Of a stretch of 63,249 nucleotides of DNA, positions 20,223 through 30,317 are shown in pieces. Position 1 is the stretch's first letter. Each line of letters begins with the position of its first letter. Location of the stretch: contig CAJOJR010000003.1 of NCBI GenBank assembly GCA_905235065.1, forward strand, positions 1-63,249. Reading direction: 5' to 3'. A model generated the notes under the pieces. The model saw nothing but the letters and a program-made list of their open reading frames with translations, made no database searches and was not told the DNA's origin. The stretch comes from an uncultured Bacilli bacterium (GTDB lineage: Bacteria > Bacillota_I > Bacilli_A > RF39 > UBA660). Both the position numbers and the translations under genes were made by a program.

Positions 20223-20525
20223 TTATTTCTTCTTACTTTTCAAACACTTTACTAGTTTCCTTAAACTTTTTGTTAATTTAATTGACAAATCAAAAGAAGT
20301 AAATAGTAGTATTAAAAATAACACTCTTATATCTCCGTTATTAATTTTAAGCATTATTATAAAGTAAATCAAAAATACATTAATAGAAAATAAAAAATTA
20401 TTTAGCACTCTATATCTCATGAGTGTTTTAAATAAAAAACTATAACTTAAATTATAAAATATTCCAAATAAAAAACCATATGTTACTGAAAAAAGAATAG
20501 ATATTATTTGTATTTTCAATTCCAT
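20223..20525 (-). CDS. yabQ: spore cortex biosynthesis protein YabQ
   Basis: 100 aa and membrane-embedded. Follows yabP with a 1-nt overlap, in the conserved order. Confidence 0.7.
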   Translation of the reverse strand: MELKIQIISILFSVTYGFLFGIFYNLSYSFLFKTLMRYRVLNNFLFSINVFLIYFIIMLKINNGDIRVLFLILLFTSFDLSIKLTKSLRKLVKCLKSKKK

Positions 20526-20812
20526 TATTTAAATAACCTAGAAATTAAACTTTCTTTATTTTTCTTTTTATCTTCATCAAAATATGTAATACTATCTATT
20601 TTACCTTTAATATATATATTGCCACCAGAAGTATCTAATTTAGCTAATTCCAATTCCTCACCTTTAACAAGAATATATCCCATCACACTTTGTAAAAAAA
20701 ATTCTTCTTTATTAAAACTTTCTATTTTTTTTATTCCGTTCATTTGTATTGTTTTTCTATCAATTAATTGTACATTATGAGTTAATACTTGTATATCTCT
20801 ACTCTTGTCCAT
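20525..20812 (-). CDS. yabP: sporulation protein YabP
   Basis: 95 aa with ...LIDRKTIQMNGIKKIESFNKEEF...LVKGEELELAKLD, which is YabP-like. Confidence 0.8.
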   Translation of the reverse strand: MDKSRDIQVLTHNVQLIDRKTIQMNGIKKIESFNKEEFFLQSVMGYILVKGEELELAKLDTSGGNIYIKGKIDSITYFDEDKKKNKESLISRLFK

Positions 20813-20827
20813 TTTTCCTCCTAAAAA

Positions 20828-20856
20828 TATATATGAAAGAAAATGGTTTAATATAA
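20828..20856 (-). promoter_or_regulatory. candidate sigma-E-type sporulation promoter upstream of yabP
   Basis: On the minus strand, TTATATT, a 14-nt spacer and CATATATA, resembling the ATATT/CATACA-T sigma-E pattern. Caveat: the predicted start would fall at the AGGAGG RBS, giving a very short leader. Confidence 0.25.
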
Positions 20857-20882
20857 CAAAAAAAACTTTTTCAAGTTTTTTA

Positions 20883-21170
20883 TTATTCCTCTTCTACAGG
20901 TTCAGAATTAACTTCTTCAGCATTTTCATAAGCATCAAAGATTTCTCTTTCAAACATGCTTCTGCATTCTTGAGTTATTGGATGAGCAATATCTTCAAAT
21001 TCGCCATCAGCTTTTTTACGACTTGGCATAGCAATGAATAATCCTCTTTCACCTTCAATAATTCTGATGTTTGTAACAACGAAACAATCATCTAAAACTA
21101 CTGAAGCAAAACCTCTAATACGTGAATTTTCTTTTTGAATCTTACGTACTTTAACAGATGTTATTTTCAT
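20883..21170 (-). CDS. spoVG: septation/sporulation regulator SpoVG
   Basis: 95 aa with MKITSVKVRKI...IRGFASVVLDDCFVVTNIRIIEGERGLFIAMPSRK. Confidence 0.95.
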   Translation of the reverse strand: MKITSVKVRKIQKENSRIRGFASVVLDDCFVVTNIRIIEGERGLFIAMPSRKKADGEFEDIAHPITQECRSMFEREIFDAYENAEEVNSEPVEEE

Positions 21171-21232
21171 TCAGTTTCCTCCTTATGTGTATATTTTTAT
21201 TTTACACCTTAAAAATATTTATTACAAGTGTT

Positions 21233-21445
21233 TTAATTAATTTTAAAAATAATGTTTTTAGTTAATACATCAGAATAAGAAAATGACTTTACTTCATTAT
21301 TTGTCTTAATAGTAAACAAAAATGGATATGTATTTAAAATAATTCCTTCAATATATTCATACTTATTTCTTCCTATATCAACTTTAGCCAATATTTTTTT
21401 CCCAATCATACCAGTTACTTCTTTCTTAATTTTCTCTATATTCAT
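21233..21445 (-). CDS. veg: Veg protein
   Basis: 70 aa with ...IGRNKYEYIEGIILNTYPFLFTI...SFSYSDVLTKNI. The ATG abuts the yabG stop (TAAATG). Confidence 0.8.
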   Translation of the reverse strand: MNIEKIKKEVTGMIGKKILAKVDIGRNKYEYIEGIILNTYPFLFTIKTNNEVKSFSYSDVLTKNIIFKIN

Positions 21446-22225
21446 TTATTCTCCATTTCTAGGATAGCCAATATACATTGTCCCTTTTGTTCTAATGCCA
21501 CCTATCCCATCCGGTCCATATTTTGTTTTTGAAAGAGTATCTATTAAATCTATTTCTTTACTTTTATCCAAATAACTGAGTGTAACTGCTATTATAGCTG
21601 GATCTAATGCATGTATATTAACCCTCTTAGGACTAGATGCAAAAGTAGCTCCTGATTTTATTAAATTTTCATAGTCACTTTGACAGGCACCCGCTATTAT
21701 TATCAGTCCTTCATTTGATTTCTCATATTCTCTTGCTTTTCTAACTGTCTTTATAAAATTAATACTATTTTTATATTTAGAATCTTCTTTGCCTCTTCCA
21801 TAAAAAGCATCATGTCCAGTTATTATTAAAATATCTGGTTTTACTTCTTCAAGATAACCAACTATTTTATTAGGCATATCTTTTTCGTTTATAGACTTAC
21901 CATAAGCAAGTACATGAGCTTTTTTATAAAATTCCATACACTTTTTTAAATAATCAGCATCACCATCAATGTGAAGAATTTTACCAGGGAGATAAAAATA
22001 ATCACTTCTATTCAAAATTCTTTCATTCAAAACTTTATCAGCATAAGAACAATCGCAATTAACTGCTTTAGTTTCTAATTTTACCAAATCTTTTTCATCA
22101 GCATCAGCAATTAATCTTAACTCCACACCTTTTAAATAACAAATGTTTTTTTCTTTGTTAATAACTTTAAAAACTATATCATTATTATGGGACTTTCTAG
22201 TAACAATATCACCAATTGAAATCAC
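21446..22225 (-). CDS. yabG: sporulation-specific peptidase YabG
   Basis: 259 aa with N-terminal IGDIVTRKSHNNDIVFKV, then ILIITGHDA and IIAGACQS, which are YabG signatures. Lies in the ksgA-yabG-veg synteny. Confidence 0.85.
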   Translation of the reverse strand: MISIGDIVTRKSHNNDIVFKVINKEKNICYLKGVELRLIADADEKDLVKLETKAVNCDCSYADKVLNERILNRSDYFYLPGKILHIDGDADYLKKCMEFYKKAHVLAYGKSINEKDMPNKIVGYLEEVKPDILIITGHDAFYGRGKEDSKYKNSINFIKTVRKAREYEKSNEGLIIIAGACQSDYENLIKSGATFASSPKRVNIHALDPAIIAVTLSYLDKSKEIDLIDTLSKTKYGPDGIGGIRTKGTMYIGYPRNGE

Positions 22226-22272
22226 TTTATCACCTAAAGAATTATATTCAATAATAAAAAAAATATATCTAA

Positions 22273-23067
22273 TTATAAATTATTAGATATATCTATAAAT
22301 TCTTTTACTGTCAAAGATTCAGCTCTTGTAGTTAAATCTTTATCATATTTTTTTAGTATGTCATTTATTTTGTCTATATTATATTCTTTTAAATTGTTTC
22401 TTAAATTCTTTCTTTTAAATTTAAAAGCATCCTTTATAAGTTTGTAAAACTTTTCCTCATCATCCGGTCTTATTCTATTTTCGATACTTTTAAACTTTAT
22501 TACCATACTATCAACTTTTGGTTTTGGAAAAAAACAATTTTTTGATACTAATGTCACTTTTGAAATATCATAATTATACTGTAAAAATACACTAATAGAA
22601 GAATAATCTTTTGTATTAGGGTTTGCAGAGAATCTTTCAGCAACTTCTTTTTGAACCATAAGTATCATTTCATTAGGATCAGATTCTTCTGTTATTTTAT
22701 TTATTATAGCTGTTGTTATGTAATATGGTAAATTAGCTACAAAATATAGATTTTTATATTTTCTCGATTTTAGAAATTCTTTTAGATTTAGTTTTAAAAA
22801 ATCTTGATAGATTATTTCTAAATTGCTATTATCATTAGATAAATTATCAAGTTCATCTCTTAGTCTAGTATCTATTTCAAATGAAATAATATTAGCATTT
22901 AATTTTACTAATTCTCTAGTTAAAGCTCCGCTTCCAGGACCAATTTCTATTATTAAAGATTCTTCTTTTAAATCTATAGAATTTATTATTTTATTTATAA
23001 TATTTTGATCAATTAAAAAATTTTGACCAAGAGATTTCTTGTATTCAAAATTTTTCATTATTGCCAT
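22273..23067 (-). CDS. rsmA: 16S rRNA (adenine1518/1519-N6)-dimethyltransferase
   Basis: 264 aa with KSLGQNFLID, EIGPGSGALT and ANLPYYITT. Confidence 0.93.
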   Translation of the reverse strand: MAIMKNFEYKKSLGQNFLIDQNIINKIINSIDLKEESLIIEIGPGSGALTRELVKLNANIISFEIDTRLRDELDNLSNDNSNLEIIYQDFLKLNLKEFLKSRKYKNLYFVANLPYYITTAIINKITEESDPNEMILMVQKEVAERFSANPNTKDYSSISVFLQYNYDISKVTLVSKNCFFPKPKVDSMVIKFKSIENRIRPDDEEKFYKLIKDAFKFKRKNLRNNLKEYNIDKINDILKKYDKDLTTRAESLTVKEFIDISNNL

Positions 23068-23618
23068 CCCAATCTTAAAACTTCAAATTCTAAATTTTTT
23101 ATTCTTCCAACTTTTTTGCGAGCTTCATCTTCAGAATCCATAAGTAAATCAATATTATTACCGCCTACACCTCTATCCATTACTACCGCAATAATAGGGT
23201 CAGATGAAACTTTTCCGGCCTTAAATCTCAAAATTGTTCCGCAAGGATATCTTTTACTACTAGCAACCATTCTAATTGTCCCATATTCTTTATCATCAAA
23301 GAAAATACCTTTTTCTAGGACATTTATTCTTGGCTTACATGCAACGACACCCGAACATAAAGGACAGTCTCCAGCATATCCGGTTAAGCTTCCTATAAAT
23401 GATGATTCGGCTTGATATAAAGCGGTTTTATATGATTCTTCTTGATGTGCAGAAATAACTTCATAATCTATAGATTTATTTAAATTTTCATTCTTAACAA
23501 CTATTATTGATGTTCTTTTCATTTCAGAAGTTGTTATAAGCGCAGCAAAAAATAGTAAAGAAAACACTCTAAAATATAGCACCCATTTTTTTGGTTTGTA
23601 TCTCTTCATTTTTTTCAC
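23058..23618 (-). CDS. 3D-domain (RlpA-like double-psi beta-barrel) cell-wall protein, YabE-like position
   Basis: 186 aa with a signal/TM segment, then TGYAGDCPLCSG and AVVMDRGVGGNNIDLLMDSEDEA, which are 3D-domain motifs. Lies between tatD and rsmA, as yabE does in B. subtilis. Confidence 0.65.
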   Translation of the reverse strand: MKKMKRYKPKKWVLYFRVFSLLFFAALITTSEMKRTSIIVVKNENLNKSIDYEVISAHQEESYKTALYQAESSFIGSLTGYAGDCPLCSGVVACKPRINVLEKGIFFDDKEYGTIRMVASSKRYPCGTILRFKAGKVSSDPIIAVVMDRGVGGNNIDLLMDSEDEARKKVGRIKNLEFEVLRLGWQ

Positions 23619-23646
23619 CTTTCTTACTAATAAAATTATAACATTT

Positions 23647-24408
23647 TTACTCTTTTATGTCAAAAATTTTATAACAATTTTTAGTAGTAATTTTTCCCAA
23701 TTCTTCTAATGAAATGTCAAATATTTTTGATAAAAAACAAGCTGTTTCATAAACATATTTTGGTTCATTCTTTTTACCCCTATATGGTTCAGGTGTCATA
23801 TAAGGTGAATCTGTCTCTAGCACTATGTTTTCAAGCCCTATTTTACTAATATATTCTTTTAAATTGCAGTTTTTAAAGGTTATTAATCCACCTATCCCAA
23901 TCATATATCCCATTTTAATATATTCGCGTGCAGTTTCATATGAACCTGAAAAACAATGTATAACTCCTTTTACTTTATATTTTTTTAATATATTTATTGT
24001 ATCAAGAGTGGCCTCTCTAGAATGAATTATTACTGGTTTATTATATTTTTCTGCTAAAATCATTTGAAATTCTAAAAGCTTAATTTGATCATCTTTGGAT
24101 TCTTTACCATAATAATCTAGACCTATTTCACCAATCGCTACAAATTGTTTATTATTCAAATTATTCATAATATAATTTTCTAATTTTATTTTCATTTCAT
24201 CATTAAAATAAATAGCTTCTTCAGGATGTATTCCAAGTGCATAATAAAAATTGTGCTTACATGATACTTCAATAACTTCCTCAATATCATTAATACTACT
24301 AGCACAATTAATTATTTTTAAAACATTATTTTCTTCAGCACCTTTTACAACATTATCTATATCTTCATAGTATTCTTTGTAAATATGTGCATGGCTATCT
24401 ACTAACAT
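23647..24408 (-). CDS. tatD: TatD-family metal-dependent hydrolase (YabD)
   Basis: MLVDSHAHIY..., GEIGLDY, IHSREA and ETDSPYM. The start is moved to the second ATG (24406-24408), which has an AGGTG RBS. Confidence 0.9.
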   Translation of the reverse strand: MLVDSHAHIYKEYYEDIDNVVKGAEENNVLKIINCASSINDIEEVIEVSCKHNFYYALGIHPEEAIYFNDEMKIKLENYIMNNLNNKQFVAIGEIGLDYYGKESKDDQIKLLEFQMILAEKYNKPVIIHSREATLDTINILKKYKVKGVIHCFSGSYETAREYIKMGYMIGIGGLITFKNCNLKEYISKIGLENIVLETDSPYMTPEPYRGKKNEPKYVYETACFLSKIFDISLEELGKITTKNCYKIFDIKE

Positions 24409-24415
24409 AAAACAC

Positions 24416-24610
24416 CTATTCTTCATTTGTAATTATTAGCATGTATTTTAATGAGTAATAATCTAGAGAAAATAAAAATACAAACCAATAAAAATGATTT
24501 AATTTAATGCTATCAATCAATAAGTTAAATATTAACAAAATGATTGTAAATACAACAAACTTCTTATCTACTTCATACTTAAATAATTTTTTTATTGTTT
24601 TCATATGCAT
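24416..24610 (-). CDS. hypothetical small membrane protein
   Basis: 64 aa with two hydrophobic segments. Same strand as its neighbours. No recognisable family. Confidence 0.3.
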   Translation of the reverse strand: MHMKTIKKLFKYEVDKKFVVFTIILLIFNLLIDSIKLNHFYWFVFLFSLDYYSLKYMLIITNEE

Positions 24611-24687
24611 CCCTTAAAATATAACAATTAAAAAAGATTGTTTCAATAAGTTTTACAATCTTTTCCTTTTTTTTACATTTTTTTACA

Positions 24688-25197
24688 TTATTCTAGTTTT
24701 TCTTTTAATAAATATATAAATATTTCTACCACCAATAAATCTTTTTCTTCTATCTTTTTATCACTATATATAAGCACACTACCTAGTATATCTGCATTTA
24801 CTATCATTGGACAAAAGTAATAATTATTAGTTATTTCAAATTCATTTGTTATTTTTAGTTTACTATTATCTATATTTTGCTTTCTAGCGTTTATCAATTC
24901 AATGAATTGATGTGATAGTTTTCTATCTTTTAATTCATTTATTTTTTTACAGGTTAATATAATGTCTTCTTTATCAGTAATAATAAAATTAGAGTTTAAA
25001 AATCTATCTAATATACAAAAATAGTTTTTTAATATATCTTTTAAGTTCCTCAATCTATAAAATTTTTCTAATATTATTTTGTCATTATCTATTGATATTT
25101 CTAAATCATCACTATTTTTAATATTTAAGTTTTTTCTTAATTCTTTTGGAATTACAATTCTACCAAGTTCATCCACTTTTCTTACTATTCCAGACAT
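24688..25197 (-). CDS. spoVT: stage V sporulation transcriptional regulator SpoVT (AbrB-type N-domain plus GAF-like C-domain)
   Basis: 169 aa. SGIVRKVDELGRIVIPKELRKNL is a SpoVT/AbrB swapped-hairpin motif. C-terminal CPMIVNADILGSVLIYS matches B. subtilis GPIVANGDPIGAVVIFS. A terminator hairpin lies at about 24632-24664. Confidence 0.85.
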   Translation of the reverse strand: MSGIVRKVDELGRIVIPKELRKNLNIKNSDDLEISIDNDKIILEKFYRLRNLKDILKNYFCILDRFLNSNFIITDKEDIILTCKKINELKDRKLSHQFIELINARKQNIDNSKLKITNEFEITNNYYFCPMIVNADILGSVLIYSDKKIEEKDLLVVEIFIYLLKEKLE

Positions 25198-25297
25198 AAA
25201 ACCTTCTTTCCTTATTATTTTACCTTAGATAGTAAAGTTTATACATTTGACATTTAATTTTTTTTAAAATATACTTTTATTATAAGGAAGTGATAAT

Positions 25298-25762
25298 ATG
25301 GTTGTTGAGGCAACAATCGAAATACCTAAAAACACAAGAAATAAATATGAAATTGATAAGAAAACAGGAAAAATGAAATTGGATAGAGTTTTGTACTCTT
25401 CATTATCTTATCCTGGTGAATATGGTTTTATTAACAATACGCTTTCTGATGATGGAGATCCACTTGATATATTAGTATTGGCTGAAAACCCAACTTTTCC
25501 AGGATGTATCGTTGATGCTAGAGTAATCGGTTATTTAGATGTTATTGATAATGGAGATGGTGACCAAAAAGTTATAGCTGTATTAGATAAAGATCCTAGA
25601 TCAGATCAAATTAATGAGATTAATGATCTTCATGAACATCAATTAGTTGAAATAAAAGATTTCTTTCAAAATTATAAAAATTTACAAGGTGTAAGCGTTA
25701 TTGCAAAAGATTTTCATACTAGATTAGAAGCAGAAGAATTAATCAAAAAAACAACATTATAA
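25298..25762 (+). CDS. ppa: inorganic pyrophosphatase, family I
   Basis: 154 aa with IEIPKNTRNKYE, YPGEYGFI and DGDPLDILVL. Confidence 0.92.
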   Translation: MVVEATIEIPKNTRNKYEIDKKTGKMKLDRVLYSSLSYPGEYGFINNTLSDDGDPLDILVLAENPTFPGCIVDARVIGYLDVIDNGDGDQKVIAVLDKDPRSDQINEINDLHEHQLVEIKDFFQNYKNLQGVSVIAKDFHTRLEAEELIKKTTL

Positions 25763-25794
25763 AAATGAAGTTTTATTTATTAACTTCATTTTTT
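25761..25794. terminator. bidirectional terminator between ppa and mfd
   Basis: AAATGAAGTT-ttatttatt-AACTTCATTT flanked by A and T runs. The mfd stop codon lies in the loop. Confidence 0.7.
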
Positions 25795-28700
25795 ATATAC
25801 TTTAATATTTCTAAAATATAATATAAATAGTGCTTTTCATATTCGAGTTTTAATAATGATAACACAATAAAATTGTTTCTATATACAAATGCAAATTTAG
25901 AATTTATTCTTGTTGAATATACAAATAAATTTTCAATATTTAATTTTTTATAAATATTTTCCTCTAATTTTAATGATATCTTTGAATTATCATTTATTAA
26001 TATTTTAATATTTAAAGCTTTTAGTAGGTTCTCTACATATTCCTGAGTTATATAGTTTTCTATTTTTTCATCGATAAAACCAAATCTATCAATTATTTCA
26101 TCTTTTAATTTCACATAATCTTCATCACTATTTACCTGATTAATCTTATTATGGAGTTCAATTATTAACTCATCTTCTTCAACATAATTCTTATCTATAT
26201 GTGTTGATACGTTATCTAGTAATGTTTTTGATTCCTCAATTTCTTCTTTGTTTCCACTTAATTCTTCATTAATAAGATCTAAATATAAATCAACACCAAC
26301 AGAATCAATAAAACCGGCTTGTTCTGTTCCAAGCATATCTCCAGCTCCTCTAATACTTAAATCTCTCATTGCTATCTTATATCCACTACCTAAATTAGTA
26401 AATTCCTTTATAGCGTTTAATCTTTTAACCGCTGTTTCATTTAAAGTTGTTTTTGAATCATACATTAAGTATGTGTACGCTATTTTATTACTTCTACCAA
26501 CTCTCCCTCTTATTTGATAAAGTTGACTAAGACCATAATGATCTGCATCAATTACTATCATTGTATTGGCATTTGGTATATCAATTCCATTCTCAATTAT
26601 TGTTGTACTTAACAATACATTAAATTTATTATTATAGAATTCAGCCATTATATTTTGAATTTCTTCTTTATCCATCTTACCATGCGCATATTTAAAACTT
26701 ATATTAGGCATCAAATTTTGAAATCTTTTTAAAGTGTCTTCCATTTTCTTAATATTATTATAAAGGATGAATACTTGTCCGTTACGAGATATTTCTTTTT
26801 GAATAGCTTCTTTTAACAATAATTCGTCATAAGCTATAACATAAGTTTGAACTGGATATCTATTCTTAGGGGGAGTCTCTATTAATGATAAGTCCCTTAT
26901 ACCAGTTAACGACATCTGCAGTGATCTTGGAATCGGTGTTGCTGATACACTTAATATATGCACATTATTTTTATACTTTTTAATTTTTTCTTTATGTATG
27001 ACCCCAAAACGTTGTTCTTCATCTATTACTAATAATCCTAATTTTTTTGGCTTTATATCATCACTTAATAATCTATGAGTACCAATTAAAACATCTATTT
27101 TGCCAGATGATAAATCTTCAAGAATCCTCTTTGTATCTTTTAGTGTGTTGTATCTATTCAATATTTCTATATTTACCCCATAATTTTTAAATCTATTTAT
27201 TGCATTATCATATTGTTGTTGGGAAAGTAACGTTGTTGGACACAAATATAATACTTGTTTGTTATTCATTACTGTTTTAAAAATGGCTCTAAATATTACC
27301 TCTGTTTTACCATATCCAACATCACCACATAGTAATCTATCCATTGGTTTAGAAGATTCTAAATCTTTTTTTATCTCATTAATTGCTTTTATTTGATCAA
27401 AAGTCGGTTCATAAGAAAATTCTGACTCAAATTGTAATTGCATTTTATCATCTTTTTCATATGGTATTACCGATGCATTACTTCTAGCCGTGTATAGTTT
27501 AATTAATTCTTCTGAAATCTCTTTTATTTTATTCTTTATTTTAGTTTTAACCTTCTCCCATTCCGAAGAATTTAATCTTTGTATATTAGGTTTTGCTCCA
27601 TCTTTTGAAGAATATTTATATAATTTTTCCAAACTGTTAACAGGTATATATAATTTATCGGTCCCTTTATATTGCAAAAGAATATAATCATTTTCAAGAC
27701 CATTCTTTCTTATAGTTGTTATTCCCATATAAATACCTATGCCATGCTTTTTATGGACAACATAGTCTCCTACTTTCAAATCCTCTATACTAGTTATTCG
27801 TTTACCAACTTTATATTTAACATTGTAATTATAATTACTATTTGCTTTCTTTAAATCATTTGAGGAATAATAGTAATTTCCATTATAGATAAATCCTTTA
27901 TTTAATACTTCATTTATAATTTTTATATTGTTTTGTTTTAGCAATTCATTCAATCTTTCATTTTTTGAATATACTATTCCATTATTCTTTAAAACATCAC
28001 TTATGAATTTTTCAGTATTTTCATTAAAACTCAATACTTCTTCTGCTTCAATTTTAAAATCATATTTACTATAATTATCAATTAAGTCAATATATAATTT
28101 ATTATCTATAGAATTTGTATCAAACTTATAAATCTTATTCTCTTCATAATACTTTGCCTGTTCATTTATAGTTTCAACACTTTTAACAATCTTACTATAA
28201 TCTTGTATTAATGTAATCGGATTATTAAGGTAATCAAGAATATTTGAGTTCGAATTACTATATTCATCAATTATTGGAGATACTTTTATTGAAGGTAGTT
28301 CTTTAATAGATAACTGCGTTACTTCATCAAAAGATTTTATTTTCTCTATTTGATCATCAAAAAATTCAATTCTTACTGGATGATCTTGATCCATAGGAAA
28401 AATATCCAATATAAAACCTCTTACAGAATATTCACCTGTGTTAGTAACAACCGCATCTCTTTTATAACCTATTTCATTTAATTTTTTTAATATGATATCC
28501 CTATCACATCTATCATTTAATTTAAAATTTAAAGATAAATTTTTAAATATATTTAATGATGGTAACTTTTTAAAATATGAATTTATAGGACACACCACTA
28601 TTTTTTTATTTCCATTTGAAATATTATTTAATAAATTCATTCTCATATATAGTAAGTCTGGAGATGCAGCAATTGCTTTTTTAGTTAAATAATCATCATC

Positions 28701-28913
28701 TGGAAATATATAAACTTCATCATAATAGTTTTTTAAATTAAAAAACAATTTATTTGCATCATTTAAGTTAGAAGTTAATAATAGTAAGTTTCTTTCTTCA
28801 CGTGAAAAAATATATAATATTAATTGATTATATATTTCGTTATCAACACATGATATTTTCATATCCTTTTTTATTTCTAAATTAAGTATTTCTTTATATA
28901 GATTGTTCCTCAT
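25773..28913 (-). CDS. mfd: transcription-repair coupling factor
   Basis: 1046 aa. Has a CarD/TRCF RNAP-interaction region (VGDYVVHKKHGIGIY). The SF2 helicase motifs are GDVGYGKTEV, VIDEEQRFG and QLYQIRGRVGRS. Confidence 0.95.
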   Translation of the reverse strand: MRNNLYKEILNLEIKKDMKISCVDNEIYNQLILYIFSREERNLLLLTSNLNDANKLFFNLKNYYDEVYIFPDDDYLTKKAIAASPDLLYMRMNLLNNISNGNKKIVVCPINSYFKKLPSLNIFKNLSLNFKLNDRCDRDIILKKLNEIGYKRDAVVTNTGEYSVRGFILDIFPMDQDHPVRIEFFDDQIEKIKSFDEVTQLSIKELPSIKVSPIIDEYSNSNSNILDYLNNPITLIQDYSKIVKSVETINEQAKYYEENKIYKFDTNSIDNKLYIDLIDNYSKYDFKIEAEEVLSFNENTEKFISDVLKNNGIVYSKNERLNELLKQNNIKIINEVLNKGFIYNGNYYYSSNDLKKANSNYNYNVKYKVGKRITSIEDLKVGDYVVHKKHGIGIYMGITTIRKNGLENDYILLQYKGTDKLYIPVNSLEKLYKYSSKDGAKPNIQRLNSSEWEKVKTKIKNKIKEISEELIKLYTARSNASVIPYEKDDKMQLQFESEFSYEPTFDQIKAINEIKKDLESSKPMDRLLCGDVGYGKTEVIFRAIFKTVMNNKQVLYLCPTTLLSQQQYDNAINRFKNYGVNIEILNRYNTLKDTKRILEDLSSGKIDVLIGTHRLLSDDIKPKKLGLLVIDEEQRFGVIHKEKIKKYKNNVHILSVSATPIPRSLQMSLTGIRDLSLIETPPKNRYPVQTYVIAYDELLLKEAIQKEISRNGQVFILYNNIKKMEDTLKRFQNLMPNISFKYAHGKMDKEEIQNIMAEFYNNKFNVLLSTTIIENGIDIPNANTMIVIDADHYGLSQLYQIRGRVGRSNKIAYTYLMYDSKTTLNETAVKRLNAIKEFTNLGSGYKIAMRDLSIRGAGDMLGTEQAGFIDSVGVDLYLDLINEELSGNKEEIEESKTLLDNVSTHIDKNYVEEDELIIELHNKINQVNSDEDYVKLKDEIIDRFGFIDEKIENYITQEYVENLLKALNIKILINDNSKISLKLEENIYKKLNIENLFVYSTRINSKFAFVYRNNFIVLSLLKLEYEKHYLYYILEILKYIKNEVNK

Positions 28914-29469
28914 TTTTTATTCCATTATATTTACTCATTAACTTTTCAAAATCCATATTTGAAAAATCTTCAATTATATTATTTGTAATTTTAAATACTT
29001 TATTTAATTTTTCTAAATTCTCTAAAGTTAAATTTCCTAAAACATAATCCTTTAATTTAAATTTATTTTTTGAAATTCCTATTTTAACACGTTTTATGGC
29101 TTTTGTTTTTAATTTATTTATTACATCATTTATTCCATTATGTCCACCTGAAGATCCAGATTTTTTTATTTTAAAATCTCCTACTTCAAAATTTACGTCA
29201 TCATAAAAAATTAATATGTCTTCAACATTTATATTGAAATAATTTTTAAATTCTAATACCGCATCACCAGATAAGTTCATAAATGTTTGAGGCTTTAATA
29301 AAATGATTTTCTCATTATTTATAATAGTTTCAGTATAAAGAGCATTAAACTTTTCTTTAAAAGTTAAATTTTTTGAATTGGAAAAAGTATCGACCGCCAT
29401 AAAGCCGACATTATGTCTTGTTTTCTCATACTCCTTACCAGGATTCCCTAGTCCAACTATTAATTTCAT
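28894..29469 (-). CDS. pth: peptidyl-tRNA hydrolase
   Basis: 191 aa with MKLIVGLGNPG..YEKTRHNVGF and SSGGHNGI. Confidence 0.95.
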   Translation of the reverse strand: MKLIVGLGNPGKEYEKTRHNVGFMAVDTFSNSKNLTFKEKFNALYTETIINNEKIILLKPQTFMNLSGDAVLEFKNYFNINVEDILIFYDDVNFEVGDFKIKKSGSSGGHNGINDVINKLKTKAIKRVKIGISKNKFKLKDYVLGNLTLENLEKLNKVFKITNNIIEDFSNMDFEKLMSKYNGIKNEEQSI

Positions 29470-30317
29470 TTCTTTTGCTCCTCATTTTTATTATACAATA
29501 AATTTTTAGACACTCCATATTTTTTTGAAATCAACTTTACAGCATCTTTATTAGATAAGCCTTTTCTTATTTCTGATTTTACTTCATTTAATAGTTCTTC
29601 AAAATTTGTATCAATTTTTCCTTTTTCTACAACTATTACTATTTCACCTTTAATATCTTTATAGAATTCAATTGCTTCACTTATTTTACCTCTAAATATT
29701 TCCTCATGAATTTTAGTGATTTCTCTACATACGCTTATATTTCTATCACCTAATATATCTAATATCAATTGAAGTGTGGATAAAAATCTATGTGGTGCTT
29801 CATAAAAAACTAATGTGAATTGTAAATCTTTTAATGATTCTAGTTCTTTTTTAGCAACTGATTTTTTACTATTTAAAAATCCATAAAAAATAAATTTGTT
29901 TGCTTCTATTCCAGACATATTTAATGCTGGCAATAAAGCTGATGGACCAGGTAAAGATACTACATTTAGATTATTTTTAATTACTTCATTTACTAACTCA
30001 TGCCCTGGATCACTTAAAAGCGGTGTCCCTTGATCAGAAATTAAAGCTATATTTTTGCCTTGTTTTAATTCGTCCACTACTTTATATTTTATTTTTTCTT
30101 CATTGTATAAATGGCATGCCTTTAAGGATTTGTTTATCTCATACATTCTAAGTAAGACTGAAGAAGTCCTTGTGTCTTCAGCATAAATTATATCTACTGA
30201 CTTAAGAACTTCTAATGCCCTTAAAGTAATATCACTTTTATTTCCAATTGGAGTTGGAACTACATATAGAATCCCTTTAGTATTGCTCTCATAACTTTTT
30301 TGTAACATTTTATTCAC
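29466..30317 (-). CDS. rsmI: 16S rRNA (cytidine1402-2'-O)-methyltransferase
   Basis: 283 aa with LYVVPTPIGN, AEDTR and SDQGTPLLSDPG, the tetrapyrrole-methylase-fold RsmI motifs. Confidence 0.9.
   Translation of the reverse strand: MNKMLQKSYESNTKGILYVVPTPIGNKSDITLRALEVLKSVDIIYAEDTRTSSVLLRMYEINKSLKACHLYNEEKIKYKVVDELKQGKNIALISDQGTPLLSDPGHELVNEVIKNNLNVVSLPGPSALLPALNMSGIEANKFIFYGFLNSKKSVAKKELESLKDLQFTLVFYEAPHRFLSTLQLILDILGDRNISVCREITKIHEEIFRGKISEAIEFYKDIKGEIVIVVEKGKIDTNFEELLNEVKSEIRKGLSNKDAVKLISKKYGVSKNLLYNKNEEQKK

Noticed and set aside
24661-24690. A direct repeat, TTTTACAT(T) x2, at the spoVT stop codon.
   Set aside because: It is a short, low-complexity T-rich repeat, expected by chance at this base composition.
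28794-28809. A parS-like sequence, TTCTTCACGTGAAAAA, inside mfd.
   Set aside because: It has three mismatches to TGTTNCACGTGAAACA, including the specificity positions. It is probably a chance CACGTG in coding sequence.
29775-29783. A perfect canonical DnaA box, TGTGGATAA, inside rsmI.
   Set aside because: It is a single isolated 9-mer within a coding region, far from oriC, with no clustering. It may be a titration site, but it cannot be distinguished from chance here.
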